In this document: positions 8,595 through 18,700 of the stretch, piece by piece
Position numbering within the stretch: position 1 is the first letter of the stretch
How the letters are laid out: the number at the start of each line of letters is the position of its first letter
Source of the DNA: an uncultured Gammaproteobacteria bacterium
GTDB taxonomy: Bacteria; Patescibacteriota; Microgenomatia; UBA1406; HO2-37-13b
Direction: 5' to 3'
Assembly (NCBI GenBank): GCA_965230965.1
Contig: OZ246401.1
Location: 666,937 to 730,936 of the forward strand
DNA: 64,000 nucleotides
Notes under the pieces: model-generated
Told to the model about the DNA's origin: nothing
What the model saw: the letters and a program-made list of their open reading frames with translations, nothing else
The model's database searches: none
Program-made: the position numbers and the translations under genes

Positions 8595-9599
8595 ATGACA
8601 TTTCAGCGCCAAGTAGCGATTGATTTAGGAACGGCAAACACATTAGTGTATATCGCCGGAAAAGGTATCGTTTTGAATGAGCCAACCGTTGTCGCATATT
8701 CAATTGAAAACCGACAGATTCTTGCGGTTGGTGATGATGCTCGTCAAATGCTCGGGAGAACCCCCGGATCAATAATTGCTTCGCGACCATTGAAGGATGG
8801 GGTTATTGCAGATTATTCAATAACCGAAGCAATGGTGTCATATTTTTTGAAGAAAGCGATTAAAGATTTTACCTTCAGAATAGATCTGATGATTTCTGTG
8901 CCTGGAGGTTCAACTCAGGTGGAAAAGCGTGCCGTGGTTTCAGCGTGTAAAAGCGCGGGCGCTACAGACGTGTATCTTATTGAGGAGCCGCTCGCGGCAG
9001 CGATTGGCGCCCGCATCCCCATTTCTCAGGCATCGGGCCATATGATTATCAACATCGGCGGTGGAACCGCCGAGGTTGCTGTTATTTCCCTCGGACAGTT
9101 GGTTGTATATAGAAGTGTCCGAGGAGCTGGAACAAAGTTAGATGAGGCCATTATTCAATATTTACGCAAGAAATATAATCTCATCATAGGTGAACGCACA
9201 GCAGAAGACATAAAGATAAAAATAGGCAATGCATACCTTGATTCAGCCTCAGAAGATAAAGTCATGGAAGTAAAAGGCCGAGATTTTCAAACAGGCTTGC
9301 CTAAAATTGTCAGTGTGAGCGAAAAAGCTGTATCTGAGTCCCTCCAAAAGCCGCTAAAGGTGATTTTGGAGGGGGTAAAAGAGGTTTTGTCGCTCACGCC
9401 GCCTGAATTGGCCTCAGATATTGTAGATCGAGGCATTGTTATATCTGGTGGCACCGGCTTATTGAAGAATATCGACAAATATTTCAGCCACAATATCGGC
9501 GTTGCAGCCTTTACAGCTGAAGAGCCACTTTTCTGCGTTATTCGCGGTGCAGGCATGGCCATTGAGAATCTTAACAGCTATAAAGAGGCCATACGCTAA
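8595..9599 (+). CDS. mreB: rod shape-determining protein MreB
   Basis: Actin-fold signatures AIDLGTANTLVY, VPGGSTQVEKRA, IINIGGGTAEVAV and ISGGTGLLKN. 334 aa. Confidence 0.95.
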   Translation: MTFQRQVAIDLGTANTLVYIAGKGIVLNEPTVVAYSIENRQILAVGDDARQMLGRTPGSIIASRPLKDGVIADYSITEAMVSYFLKKAIKDFTFRIDLMISVPGGSTQVEKRAVVSACKSAGATDVYLIEEPLAAAIGARIPISQASGHMIINIGGGTAEVAVISLGQLVVYRSVRGAGTKLDEAIIQYLRKKYNLIIGERTAEDIKIKIGNAYLDSASEDKVMEVKGRDFQTGLPKIVSVSEKAVSESLQKPLKVILEGVKEVLSLTPPELASDIVDRGIVISGGTGLLKNIDKYFSHNIGVAAFTAEEPLFCVIRGAGMAIENLNSYKEAIR

Positions 9600-9629
9600 C
9601 AAGCCCAGGGCTTAAAAAGATCGTGTCTT

Positions 9630-9637
9630 GGTATAAT
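9630..9637 (+). promoter_or_regulatory. extended -10 box (TGgTATAAT) 16 nt upstream of tRNA-Arg
   Basis: aagatcgtgtcTTGGTATAATaaagcacggttttact followed by the tRNA 5' end. Preceded by a partial AAGAnCGTGTCTT motif at 9617..9629. Confidence 0.4.
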
Positions 9638-9653
9638 AAAGCACGGTTTTACT

Positions 9654-9725
9654 GTTCTCGTAGTTCAATGGATAGAACCGGCCCCTCCTAAGGGTCAAAT
9701 GCAGGTTCGATTCCTGCCGAGAACA
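9654..9725 (+). tRNA. tRNA-Arg (anticodon CCT)
   Basis: Hand-folded cloverleaf: acceptor gttctcg/cgagaac, D-stem gttc/gaac, anticodon stem ggccc/gggtc with loop ctCCTaa, T-arm gcagg-ttcgatt-cctgc. No encoded CCA. Confidence 0.85.
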
Positions 9726-9974
9726 CATATAAGAATAAATATAGTATTTACTACTATTTAAGGAGAATAGAAGAGCACTTTAATATAGGAAGAAAATGGC
9801 CAAAAATTTAAGACGCATAGTAATAATTACTATCACCTATTAAAATTTTGCATTTTCAACTATTTTATATACATATTAGAAAGCTAAGACAATCTATAAT
9901 AAATGTATATAAAAATTGAACAAAACCCTATATTTCGACACCTAATTTTTTAATAAAACAAACTTATAATAATT

Positions 9975-10730
9975 ATGAAAACTGACCAGAAAAATACCAT
10001 ACTTTCGATTCCAATCCCAAATGACTCAAAAGCCGATATCCTAGAGAAAATTATTTTATACATAAAAAATCCACGTGGAATATTCCATATTGTCTCCCTG
10101 AATCCCGAAATTTTTGCTCTTGCTGAAGAAAACAATGAATTTAAAAAGGTTATTACAGAGGCCCAAATGCGCATAATCGATGGCACCTATGTATTCATCA
10201 TAGCTCGACTTATGGGCATCCACGCTCAAGTCCGCATGCAAGGGGTTGATCTTATGCAGACGCTATTAGATTACGCATCGAGAGAGCGCTTGAGAGTTAT
10301 GCTAATCGGTGGTGCGCCAGAAATAGCAGATAGGGTTGTTGACTGCCAAAAGCGAGTGTATCCGAGGCTAGAAATTACTGGCTTACAGGGTATTAAAGAT
10401 GTGCGTAATCCTTCTAAGCAGGAAGAAGACCATATTTTTGCCATAGTGGCTGATACAAAGCCACATTTCGTGTTTGTTGCCTTTGGTTCTCCATACCAAG
10501 AATTGTGGATTGACAAGCACAAAGATCAATTTGAGGCTAGTGTTGTCATGGGTGTGGGAGGAGCGTTCGATTTTCTCTCAGGGGCAGTGCCACGAGCTCC
10601 AAAATTCATGAGAAGCCTTGGTTTGGAATGGCTTTTCCGTCTTGTTCTGCAGCCCTGGAGAATAAAGAGGCAATTAACAGTCTTCAATTTCTTTGCCGCG
10701 GTTGTTAAAGAACAGTTAAAAAAGCATTAA
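9975..10730 (+). CDS. WecB/TagA/CpsF family glycosyltransferase
   Basis: Family blocks IIDGTYVFIIARL, LIGGAPEIADR, FVAFGSPYQELWI, GVGGAFDFLSG..RAP and LGLEWLFRL..QPWR. Confidence 0.85.
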   Translation: MKTDQKNTILSIPIPNDSKADILEKIILYIKNPRGIFHIVSLNPEIFALAEENNEFKKVITEAQMRIIDGTYVFIIARLMGIHAQVRMQGVDLMQTLLDYASRERLRVMLIGGAPEIADRVVDCQKRVYPRLEITGLQGIKDVRNPSKQEEDHIFAIVADTKPHFVFVAFGSPYQELWIDKHKDQFEASVVMGVGGAFDFLSGAVPRAPKFMRSLGLEWLFRLVLQPWRIKRQLTVFNFFAAVVKEQLKKH

Positions 10731-11164
10731 GCAGCTTTTCTTTGACCTGATGGAAGGAAGCTCCTAAGAAGTGCCGCTGCCTTCATTATGAATCCAGGTT
10801 CAGCCTGAGGCTGAAGAGGTCGGGGTTGTATTCTCTCTCTCATTCTATCCGCCTCAGCTCTTTCTGCCGCTAGTCTTTCCTGAGCTGCAGTTTCCTCAGC
10901 TAAAGCTAGTCTATGAGCCTCTTCTTGTGCACGTTCTTGCTTTCTAGCTGCGGACCAAGCCATGCTACGTTCACGTTCTTCCTTCTCAGCTTCAGCTATG
11001 TGAGCTTTTAATGCCTGTTCAGTCTGGCCAAATTCACTAGCGTTGAATGCAGCCATATCAGGCCCATGTGCTTCTTCCGTAGTAGTCATACCAGCTTCAT
11101 CATCATAAAGTTTTGAAGGAGTGACTGCATCGGTGTTTCCTCTATGTCTAATTTCATCATCCAT
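10727..11164 (-). CDS. hypothetical Glu/Ala/Arg-rich coiled-coil protein
   Basis: Low-complexity segment AEAEKEERERSMAWSAARKQERAQEEAHRLALAEETAAQERLAAERAEADRMRER. ATG at 11164 (MDDEIRH) chosen because the upstream in-frame starts overlap the promoter. Paralogue at 12135..12605. Confidence 0.55.
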   Translation of the reverse strand: MDDEIRHRGNTDAVTPSKLYDDEAGMTTTEEAHGPDMAAFNASEFGQTEQALKAHIAEAEKEERERSMAWSAARKQERAQEEAHRLALAEETAAQERLAAERAEADRMRERIQPRPLQPQAEPGFIMKAAALLRSFLPSGQRKAA

Positions 11165-11173
11165 ATAATATTT

Positions 11174-11225
11174 ATTACACACCGAGAGATACATATTTGT
11201 CAAGTACAAGATTATTTGAGAGAAT
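11174..11225. promoter_or_regulatory. divergent promoter pair sharing a palindromic -35 (TTGTCAAG / CTTGACAA)
   Basis: Plus strand: TTGTCA(11197-11202)-17-GAGAAT(11220-11225)-6-ATG(11232). Minus strand: TTGACA(11198-11203)-18-TGTAAT(11174-11179)-9-ATG(11164). Confidence 0.45.
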
Positions 11226-11231
11226 ATCACC

Positions 11232-12128
11232 ATGAGACGAGGTAACGGACGTGAAAAAACAGTTGAAAGCCATATTCTTGATGTTGTGAGGTACTTCCAT
11301 ATATTTCAATATGCCGCTGATGAAAGGCAACTATATACCTTCTTATCAAAAAAAGTCTCTAAAAACGCATTTAATGAGGCATTAGAAAAACTAGTGCGTC
11401 AAAAAAAGCTCGTTAAGGGTGAAATGAGTATGCCCCCTGGCAGTATATATGCCATGGGGGGGCATAGTATATTATTGAAGAAAAGGATTGCTAGAAAAGT
11501 CCAAACAGAAAAAAAGTTACAAAATCTTAAAAGATACTCCCATATACTCCACACATCTCCGTGGATACGTATGGTCGGCATATCTGGCTCATGTTCAATG
11601 GATAATGCGAAAGCCAATGATGATGTTGACTTTTTCATTATCACTGCCAAAAATCGCCTCTGGTTAGGTCGTGCATGGGCTATTGTTGTTGCGAAGCTCT
11701 TGGGAGTGCATCGTGGCAGACGTGATAAAGCGGTTTCTGGGAAGGCTTGTCTCAACATGTTCTTTGATGAGCAGGATCTTATAATTCCAGAATCAAAGAA
11801 AAACCTTTATATTGCACATGAGGTTGTTCAGATGAGATTAATCAATATGCCGGTAGGGGCTTATCACCATAGAAAGTTCTTACAATCGAATCAATGGATA
11901 AAGGCATATTTTCCCAATTTTAGAATGCCAAAAAGTCAAAAGGATGTAAGTATCATGTTGACTAATCAAAACCCTTTAATGGTCATTCTAGGGGCAGTCC
12001 TGGAACCTTTAGCAAAACACCTGCAGCTTGCCATTATGAAGCCCCATATAACGAAAGAAAGAATCTCTAATACCCAGTTATGGTTCTTTCCGAAGGATTT
12101 TGAGAAGAGAATTGCTAAAAAAATCTAA
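11232..12128 (+). CDS. nucleotidyltransferase-fold protein (hypothetical)
   Basis: Pol-beta-type signature GISGSCSMDNAKANDDVDFFII (G-S ... D-x-D). No further assignment possible by eye. Confidence 0.6.
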   Translation: MRRGNGREKTVESHILDVVRYFHIFQYAADERQLYTFLSKKVSKNAFNEALEKLVRQKKLVKGEMSMPPGSIYAMGGHSILLKKRIARKVQTEKKLQNLKRYSHILHTSPWIRMVGISGSCSMDNAKANDDVDFFIITAKNRLWLGRAWAIVVAKLLGVHRGRRDKAVSGKACLNMFFDEQDLIIPESKKNLYIAHEVVQMRLINMPVGAYHHRKFLQSNQWIKAYFPNFRMPKSQKDVSIMLTNQNPLMVILGAVLEPLAKHLQLAIMKPHITKERISNTQLWFFPKDFEKRIAKKI

Positions 12129-12134
12129 AGTAAA

Positions 12135-12605
12135 CTAATCATCAACTTCATTTTTACCCAATAATCTGGCGAGCAAGTTCATGGTTATGCTATCACCTGG
12201 ATTATTGAGCGTTGCTACAGATGGTGTGAAATTTGGATCATTTTGGCGGGCTATTTTTTCTTCTGCTTTAGCCTGCGCCCGAGCTTGACGAGCAGCATCC
12301 TGTGCCAGGCGAGCATTCCGCGCTTCTTTAAGAGCAGTCATATCTTTTTTTGCACTCTCAAGAGCTTCTTCTCTTCGTGCCTCAGCTATCCTCCTCCTCT
12401 CTGCAAGAATGGCCTCTTCCGTCTCAGAAAGCTCACTGCGCGTAGATTGATTTGTGACCATTGATTCTGTTATGGTGGTCGGTTCAGCAGGAGTTTTTTC
12501 GGCCTCGTCTCCTTCACGTATATAATCTCTCAATATACGCACCGCCTCAGCACTTGGGCCTGTTTTGCCTTGAGAATTCTTTTTGTTATCACCTCCTGCT
12601 TCCAT
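12135..12605 (-). CDS. hypothetical Glu/Ala/Arg-rich coiled-coil protein (paralogue of 10727..11164)
   Basis: EEAILAERRRIAEARREEALESAKKDMTALKEARNARLAQDAARQARAQAKAEEK. Both paralogues end in a short amphipathic tail (LLARLLGK here, ALLRSFLP in the other). Confidence 0.55.
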   Translation of the reverse strand: MEAGGDNKKNSQGKTGPSAEAVRILRDYIREGDEAEKTPAEPTTITESMVTNQSTRSELSETEEAILAERRRIAEARREEALESAKKDMTALKEARNARLAQDAARQARAQAKAEEKIARQNDPNFTPSVATLNNPGDSITMNLLARLLGKNEVDD

Positions 12606-12619
12606 AAATATGAGTACCC

Positions 12620-13345
12620 TTACTGGTTCAATAAAATCCAGTCAGTTTCAATGAAAGAGCTACCTTCAGCGCATTCTATCTTAACATTCGAACATGCGGG
12701 GGGGAGCACTTCATAGTGGCTTGTCCTATTAGCATCACTCTTCAACGTTATTATTTTTTCACCATCAATACATGCCGCTCGAGCTGAACAATCAAGTGGT
12801 GACTTTGTTTCACAGAATACAAGGAATCCAGCATCTGTTTTCTCGATAATATTCTTATTAATACATAGGCTTGTTGCTTGGGTCGTATGAGATGTGGGGG
12901 ATTGAAATACGCTTGATAAATAGGCAACTGAGAGCGTAGCCACGAGAATAAAGCTATATACCAGGACAGATTGTAATGCGGGTAGGGGTATCTGCCACGT
13001 TTTAAAATAAGAAATTTTTGCTTTTTGTGCCTTCTTAAAATTCACTAGGTCATCAGCATATGCAAAAACTTCACCAGTTGTTTTTGAGTGAAGTAGTGTG
13101 ACAAACTGCGGGATTGAATTGTCATTTATACGTAATAGCGGGCTTCCATCTTTAGGAGAAAATTTTTCCTCGCCTGAAATAACATCTGATTGTTTCATGG
13201 AGGCAAGTTTTCGTGCATCAGCCACTGTAATACGGTTAATCTCATTCATATCAAAGACTGTCGCACCACAAAAATTACAGTGATCCACCTCAATGGCATC
13301 CAATATGACTTTCGTCAAAATATGATGGCAATTCGGACAATGCAT
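12620..13345 (-). CDS. zinc-ribbon membrane protein (hypothetical)
   Basis: MHCPNCHHILTKVILDAIEVDHCNFCGATVFD (CxxC...CxxC), one TM helix (VLVYSFILVATLSVAYL) and a Cys-containing C-terminal domain. Start moved to the ATG at 13345 to avoid overlapping the divergent gene. Confidence 0.6.
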   Translation of the reverse strand: MHCPNCHHILTKVILDAIEVDHCNFCGATVFDMNEINRITVADARKLASMKQSDVISGEEKFSPKDGSPLLRINDNSIPQFVTLLHSKTTGEVFAYADDLVNFKKAQKAKISYFKTWQIPLPALQSVLVYSFILVATLSVAYLSSVFQSPTSHTTQATSLCINKNIIEKTDAGFLVFCETKSPLDCSARAACIDGEKIITLKSDANRTSHYEVLPPACSNVKIECAEGSSFIETDWILLNQ

Positions 13346-13398
13346 ATAATTAGTTGTACCACACTCGCGAAATAATTTCTTATAATACGAGTAATCGT

Positions 13399-13788
13399 AT
13401 GCCAAAGAAAAGCGCACAATGGGATTTTGTACCTGCAGAGGATATAAGAGAAATGGTTGCAGATTTGGTGAAGCGTCTTGAGTTTGACCACGTACAAATT
13501 CCAAATATTTTTTGTGTCAGAAGTAGGGGAAGCCGTACGCGAGCATATGCAAGAATTTGGGGGTTGTCAAGGATTTTTCAGGTTACAGCTGGATTTGCTC
13601 CAACGTATGTAATAGAAGTGCTCTCCCAGCATTTTGATAAGCTTCCGCATCACGAACAGCAGAAAGTTATTATTCACGAACTGCTTCATATTCCAAAAAC
13701 ATTTTCTGGGGCCTTGTTGTCGCACAAAGGACGATATCATAGCGTCGATCATAAAACAGTTGAAGAGTTGTTTAAAAAGTTAATATGA
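13399..13788 (+). CDS. predicted zinc metallopeptidase (HExxH)
   Basis: VIIHELLHIPKTFSG motif in a 129-aa single-domain protein. It resembles small archaeal-type predicted metallopeptidases. ATG at 13399. Confidence 0.6.
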   Translation: MPKKSAQWDFVPAEDIREMVADLVKRLEFDHVQIPNIFCVRSRGSRTRAYARIWGLSRIFQVTAGFAPTYVIEVLSQHFDKLPHHEQQKVIIHELLHIPKTFSGALLSHKGRYHSVDHKTVEELFKKLI

Positions 13789-15485
13789 AAATTATCGGAC
13801 GTGCTATTATAGGACTTTTTATTCTTGTGACAGGGTTTCTTGTGGTCACATCTTCGGTTTTTGCACAAGTAAACCCATTTGAAAATGTTGAGCATATTGA
13901 TAGGTACGAAGTATTAATTAACGTCCAGAAAGATGGAACATTGTCAATCACAGAGAAGATCCAATATGATTTTGCGAATGTTGATCGGCATGGTATCAAA
14001 CGATGGATCCCTCTGAGATTTCAAGATGGAGAAAAAGAATATGAGATGGAATTGACTAACGTGCAGATTTTAATGGATGGAGGAAGTAAAGTGCCCGTAG
14101 ATTTTTCTTCAAGCGAAGGGATTCGCGAAATTAAAATAGGAGATCCGAATAAGACAATTACCGGAAAACATACGTACGAAATTCGGTATATGATCGCAGG
14201 AGGTATGCGGTATTTTGATGATCATGATGAATTATATTGGAATGCAATTGGCCAAGATTGGCAAGTACCCATATTAGAAAGTGCTGTTCATATTGAGTAC
14301 CCACAGGAGGTGAATAGAGAATTGATAGAAGCACAGTGTTTCACAGGTGTGATTGGATCGACGGAACAAAATTGTCAGACGTTTGCTAATCAAGGTAGAG
14401 TAGATATTTCCTCAAGCAACATATTGTCACCTGGAGAAGGCATGACCATTGTTGTTGGCTTACCAACGGGTTCTGTTGCGCGGCTTTTGCCTAAGGAGTA
14501 CATACCGTTTAGTAAAACACCGTTAGGCAAACTTCTCATCACCATAGGAATGATTGTGGCTATTATTGGGGCAATTGCATGGTATATAGTTTATCCAATT
14601 TGGATTGCCGTACGATGGTTTTTATACGGTCGTGATCCTGATGTCGGAATAGATGTAACGGCTTATTTTGAAGGGCCAAAGGTTGGGAAAGGGCATCTGT
14701 CGCCAGCTGAAACAGGTGGGCTTATTGACGAAAAAGTTGATAGACGTGACATTGTTGCAGCTTTGGTTGATTTAGCAAGACGAGGATATGTAAAGATTGA
14801 AGAACGTGAGGAAAAGGATTTCTATCTTTATAGATTGCATGAGCAAAGAAAGAATGACAGATTGCAGGATTTTGAAGATGATATTTTGAACGCAATGTTT
14901 GCAACAGCAGACGAGGTGCGCTTAAAGGATGTTAAAAATATCACGTCTGAACTTTCAGTTATTGAAAATAAGATTTATCAGCGACTTATGGACGATGCAT
15001 TTTTCGTAAAAAATCCAAAGAAAGTGCGTGATTTTTATGGAGTAATTACCGGTATTGCTATGATGACGTTCAATTTTCAGCTGCTACTAATCAGCGCACT
15101 TTTTGGCAATGCTATGCCGCGCAAGACGTTAAAGGGTGCGCGCGCTGCGCAGCAGGCGCGCGGCCTGCAGAATTTCCTGACAAGTCAGGAACGCCAAATA
15201 AATTATCAAGGCAACATGCAGATGCTCTTTGAGAAGCTGTTGCCGTATGCCGTTGCCTTTGGCGTAGAGAAGCATTGGATACAGCGCTTCGCAGACCTTG
15301 GCGTAGAAATTGTGCAGCCAGTCTGGTATGTCGGCCAAAGCCATTTTGCGTCATCGTTCAGCGATTTCAATTCCGCTGCTCGTACATCATCATATACCCA
15401 GACGACCTCATCGTACTCATCTTCAGGCTTTTCTGGGGGATCATCCGGCGGCGGCGGTGGCGGTGGCGGTGGAGGCAGTTGGTAA
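13785..15485 (+). CDS. DUF2207 domain-containing membrane protein
   Basis: N-terminal signal/TM, IDRYEVLINVQKDGTLSITEKIQYDF...HGIKRWIPL, central TM helices, and a C-terminal poly-Gly tail SGGSSGGGGGGGGGGSW. Confidence 0.8.
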   Translation: MKIIGRAIIGLFILVTGFLVVTSSVFAQVNPFENVEHIDRYEVLINVQKDGTLSITEKIQYDFANVDRHGIKRWIPLRFQDGEKEYEMELTNVQILMDGGSKVPVDFSSSEGIREIKIGDPNKTITGKHTYEIRYMIAGGMRYFDDHDELYWNAIGQDWQVPILESAVHIEYPQEVNRELIEAQCFTGVIGSTEQNCQTFANQGRVDISSSNILSPGEGMTIVVGLPTGSVARLLPKEYIPFSKTPLGKLLITIGMIVAIIGAIAWYIVYPIWIAVRWFLYGRDPDVGIDVTAYFEGPKVGKGHLSPAETGGLIDEKVDRRDIVAALVDLARRGYVKIEEREEKDFYLYRLHEQRKNDRLQDFEDDILNAMFATADEVRLKDVKNITSELSVIENKIYQRLMDDAFFVKNPKKVRDFYGVITGIAMMTFNFQLLLISALFGNAMPRKTLKGARAAQQARGLQNFLTSQERQINYQGNMQMLFEKLLPYAVAFGVEKHWIQRFADLGVEIVQPVWYVGQSHFASSFSDFNSAARTSSYTQTTSSYSSSGFSGGSSGGGGGGGGGGSW

Positions 15486-15494
15486 TATAAGCAG

Positions 15495-15580
15495 CGGAGG
15501 TGATGGGATTCGAACCCATGAGAGGTTTTCACCTCGCAGGTTTAGCAAACCTGTGCACTAGGCCACTATGCGACACCTCC
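15495..15580 (-). tRNA. tRNA-Ser (anticodon GCT)
   Basis: Hand-folded: acceptor ggaggtg/cacctcc, anticodon stem caggt/acctg with loop ttGCTaa, long variable arm gaggt-gaaa-acctc, T-arm atggg-ttcgaat-cccat. Confidence 0.85.
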
Positions 15581-15597
15581 AAACAAACTCACGACTT

Positions 15598-15603
15598 ATT
15601 ATA
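15598..15603 (-). promoter_or_regulatory. extended -10 box (TGtTATAAT) 17 nt upstream of tRNA-Ser
   Basis: Minus strand reads aagaccgtgtcttgtttaggatcgtgccctgtTATAATaagtcgtgagtttgttt followed by the tRNA 5' end. Confidence 0.4.
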
Positions 15604-15606
15604 ACA

Positions 15607-15635
15607 GGGCACGATCCTAAACAAGACACGGTCTT
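15607..15635 (+). repeat. copy of the conserved ~28-nt motif (reference copy)
   Basis: gggcacgatcctaaacaagacacggtctt, between tRNA-Ser and the RHS gene. Nearly identical to the reverse complement of 55392..55419. Confidence 0.6.
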
Positions 15636-15702
15636 CTTTACTTCTTGACATGTTTGTCCAAAAAAATTACCATCAAATACATAGAGTAAGTTTGCATAAG
15701 CC

Positions 15703-18700
15703 ATGGTTAACAAATTGTTCAAAAAAGTTTCATCTGACCTCACTTTATTGCCTCACAAGGGTCTCTTTGTAACCCTATTTTTACTTATATCACTCTTGGT
15801 TACATTTGAACTTGCCCGTAACCCCGTCTTTAGATTGACCCGAGCTGACGAACTCAATTTGCCTGAGGGTTACTCTGCACTCGAATACTTACAAGCGTTG
15901 GGCCAAGCCGACACAAACAATGATGGCGTCATTAATCTTTTCGACTATGCTGTGCTCATGGATCAGGATTATGGAAAGCAAGACGCATTTATTACGTCTG
16001 ACGTTAATTATGATCAAAAAGCCAATGCGCTCGATGCCTCGTTCATGCTTAATCATTTTTATACCGAAGTTGACGGTGAACGTGAAAAAATCTTCTCAAG
16101 TCAACAGTACATAGATGAAATAAATAAAGAAATTGCCATGCGCAATGAAGATAAGCTTCCACAATCAAACGCTGATGACACTACGCTTTCTATCACCTCA
16201 GAAGAAGGTGGCTCTGAACCAGAATTTGGTCGTAACGTCATTCCACAAGTTTTAGGAACAGTTTCTGCATATACTGGAGCTTCTGCTTTTTCCATGAGTT
16301 TTGATGTGCCTAAAGGTCCTGGTGGTCTTGCTCCTGCGCTTGGTCTCAGCTATTCTTCTGCTTCGATTGATGATGCACGTGACAACGGCAGCGATGGCGG
16401 AAAACCTTTTTACGTCGATGCAAGCAGATACACTCCATTCCAAGCAGGTTACGGATTCTCGCTTTCTGGTGTAGGTTCAATTATCCGAGATACAAAAGGT
16501 GAGAAGGAAGTATATAAGTTGAAGGGTAATCTTTACCATCGTTATATTTTAAATCTTCCAGGAGGTATTTCAGCAGAGATGAAATATAATCCAACAACTG
16601 GTCGATGGGTTTCGATTCCACAATCTTTCATAAAAATTGAACATCGATCACCAGGAAAAGTCACCCTTGGAGCCCTAAGCTATCTTGATCCTTGGGATTG
16701 GAAGATTACGACTAAAGATGGGACGACATACTTTTTTGGCGAGGAGAATATAGAAACAAAATTAGCTGCAGATGCGCGTATTCATGGCTCAGAAGATATT
16801 CGTAATGCTGAAGGCAACCTAACTGGTACAAAGAATGGTAATCTATACGTTGAATTTGATAAAGGACAGTTATGCAAAGGTGATAGCGAACGTGATCCTT
16901 GCCGTGAAAGAGAGAAAGATGGGAAAGTCTTAATTGTGACAAAATGGCTTCTTCGCAAAGTAGAAACCGCTGATGGTCGTGCTATAAATTACACGTACGA
17001 CACACAGCAGAGTTATCTTGAAAAACCTTGGAAAGATACTTCAATTGCATTTGTTACCGCAACATCATATCCAAAGGAAATTACATGGAACGATGGAAAA
17101 CATCGTGCACGATTCGTTTTAGAAGACCGTCCTGATAAAGCTAACAATGGCTTCATGAACAATCGTATAAAGGAGGTTGTTGTAGAGACTAAACAGCAAG
17201 ATGATGATCAATATCATTTAGTTCGCCGCTACGCGCTGGGATATTTCGATTTAAATACAAAAACAAAAGACTTTTTGGGAGTAAAAGCCGGCGAAGAAAA
17301 TGAAGGTATTGCAAATGAATTTAAAGCATCATTCCTCACGTCTGTGCAAGAATTCGGTACGGACAACACGACAGCTCTACCACCAACGACGTTTAAGTAT
17401 ATACAATATGCCTTCCCACCACAGGGCTATCATGGTGGGGAGATTTATCTCTCAAATATTAATAATGGATATGGTGGCGAAACGCGATTTGCTTACCAAC
17501 CATTAACAGTAGGTGCATTTGATCCGAACGGGAAGGTTGCCCCTGGAAAAAATTGGCGTGTGCGCGTTATTCAAAAAGAAGTCGCAGATCTTGTAGCTAA
17601 TAAGTCCTCGCGTGAAACGTATACCTATGGTGATGCTGTGCAATTCGGAGAAAATTATCGCAAAGCTCCCGTTGGAGAAGGTGGATTTGCACTAGAATTT
17701 CTTGGTCATTCAAGTGTTGAAGTAAAACAGTATGATTTTGATGGTTCATTGCTTGGTCATTCCGAAACATTCTTTAATCAAGTCAATAGAGGAGAGGGCT
17801 GCTTTGAGCCCCATCCTGCAAAAGGTCAGCCATATCGTCAGGTTGTGTATCGTGGAGATGGCAAAGATATTGCTCAAGAAACGGATAGTGTCTTTCGCTA
17901 TCGACTTGATGGTCAGGATGGATTGAACCCGTCAGATGGATGTCAGAAGGATCGTAGAAACCAGCCATTGTTCCTATATGCATACGATACGACGAACGTA
18001 CAAAGAGAGCCTGCAAAAGATTTCGTACCGCTTGCATTCAAGAATAAAGTTCAGAGTGGGGGAAAGTCAGAGTTACGCACGTTGCAGAGGGTATTGGCTC
18101 ATGATGAGTATGGAAATCAAACATTATCTGTTAACTATGGTGAGGTTGATAGTAATGGCCACGATGTCGATACAAATGATAATCGTTTTTCGTACGCATA
18201 TTATTTAACGTCCGGTGAAAAATGGATAAAGGGACTCTCTAATTTAAGCTATGCATCAACGGTTCAGAATTGTGCGCCTGAAAATCTCGCCTGCCAATAT
18301 GGCCGCACAAAGTCATACTACGATAATTTTGATAAGAATTACTGGGAGTTAACGGCCGAAGAATTGCAGCCTCGATTCGGCTTCCTTACACAAAAAGAAA
18401 CATGGATTGACGATACACATGTTTCGGTTGAAGGATACGTTTACGACGATCTCTCGGGTAATAAAAATGATCAAGATCTTCGCAAGGGTGGCATCACACA
18501 AACCTATGGTCCAAAACCCAACATAAAAACCATTCAAGATGCACGAAAGGATGTCATGCTCATCTCGGAGAAGAAGTATGATCCGTATTATCACACACTC
18601 ATTTTGGAAGAAAAAAACGCTGCCGGATTTAAGAAGAATTACGAGGATTACAATATTTTAATTCAAATACCTACAACCATTAAGACACAAGTCCAAAATG

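Noticed and set aside
9726-9974. A 249-nt very AT-rich spacer after tRNA-Arg containing a 15-codon ORF (MAKNLRRIVIITITY) with an AGGAAG-like site upstream.
   Set aside because: The ORF is too short and compositionally trivial to support a gene call. I saw no repeats or structure. It probably holds only the promoter/UP-like region of the TagA-like gene.
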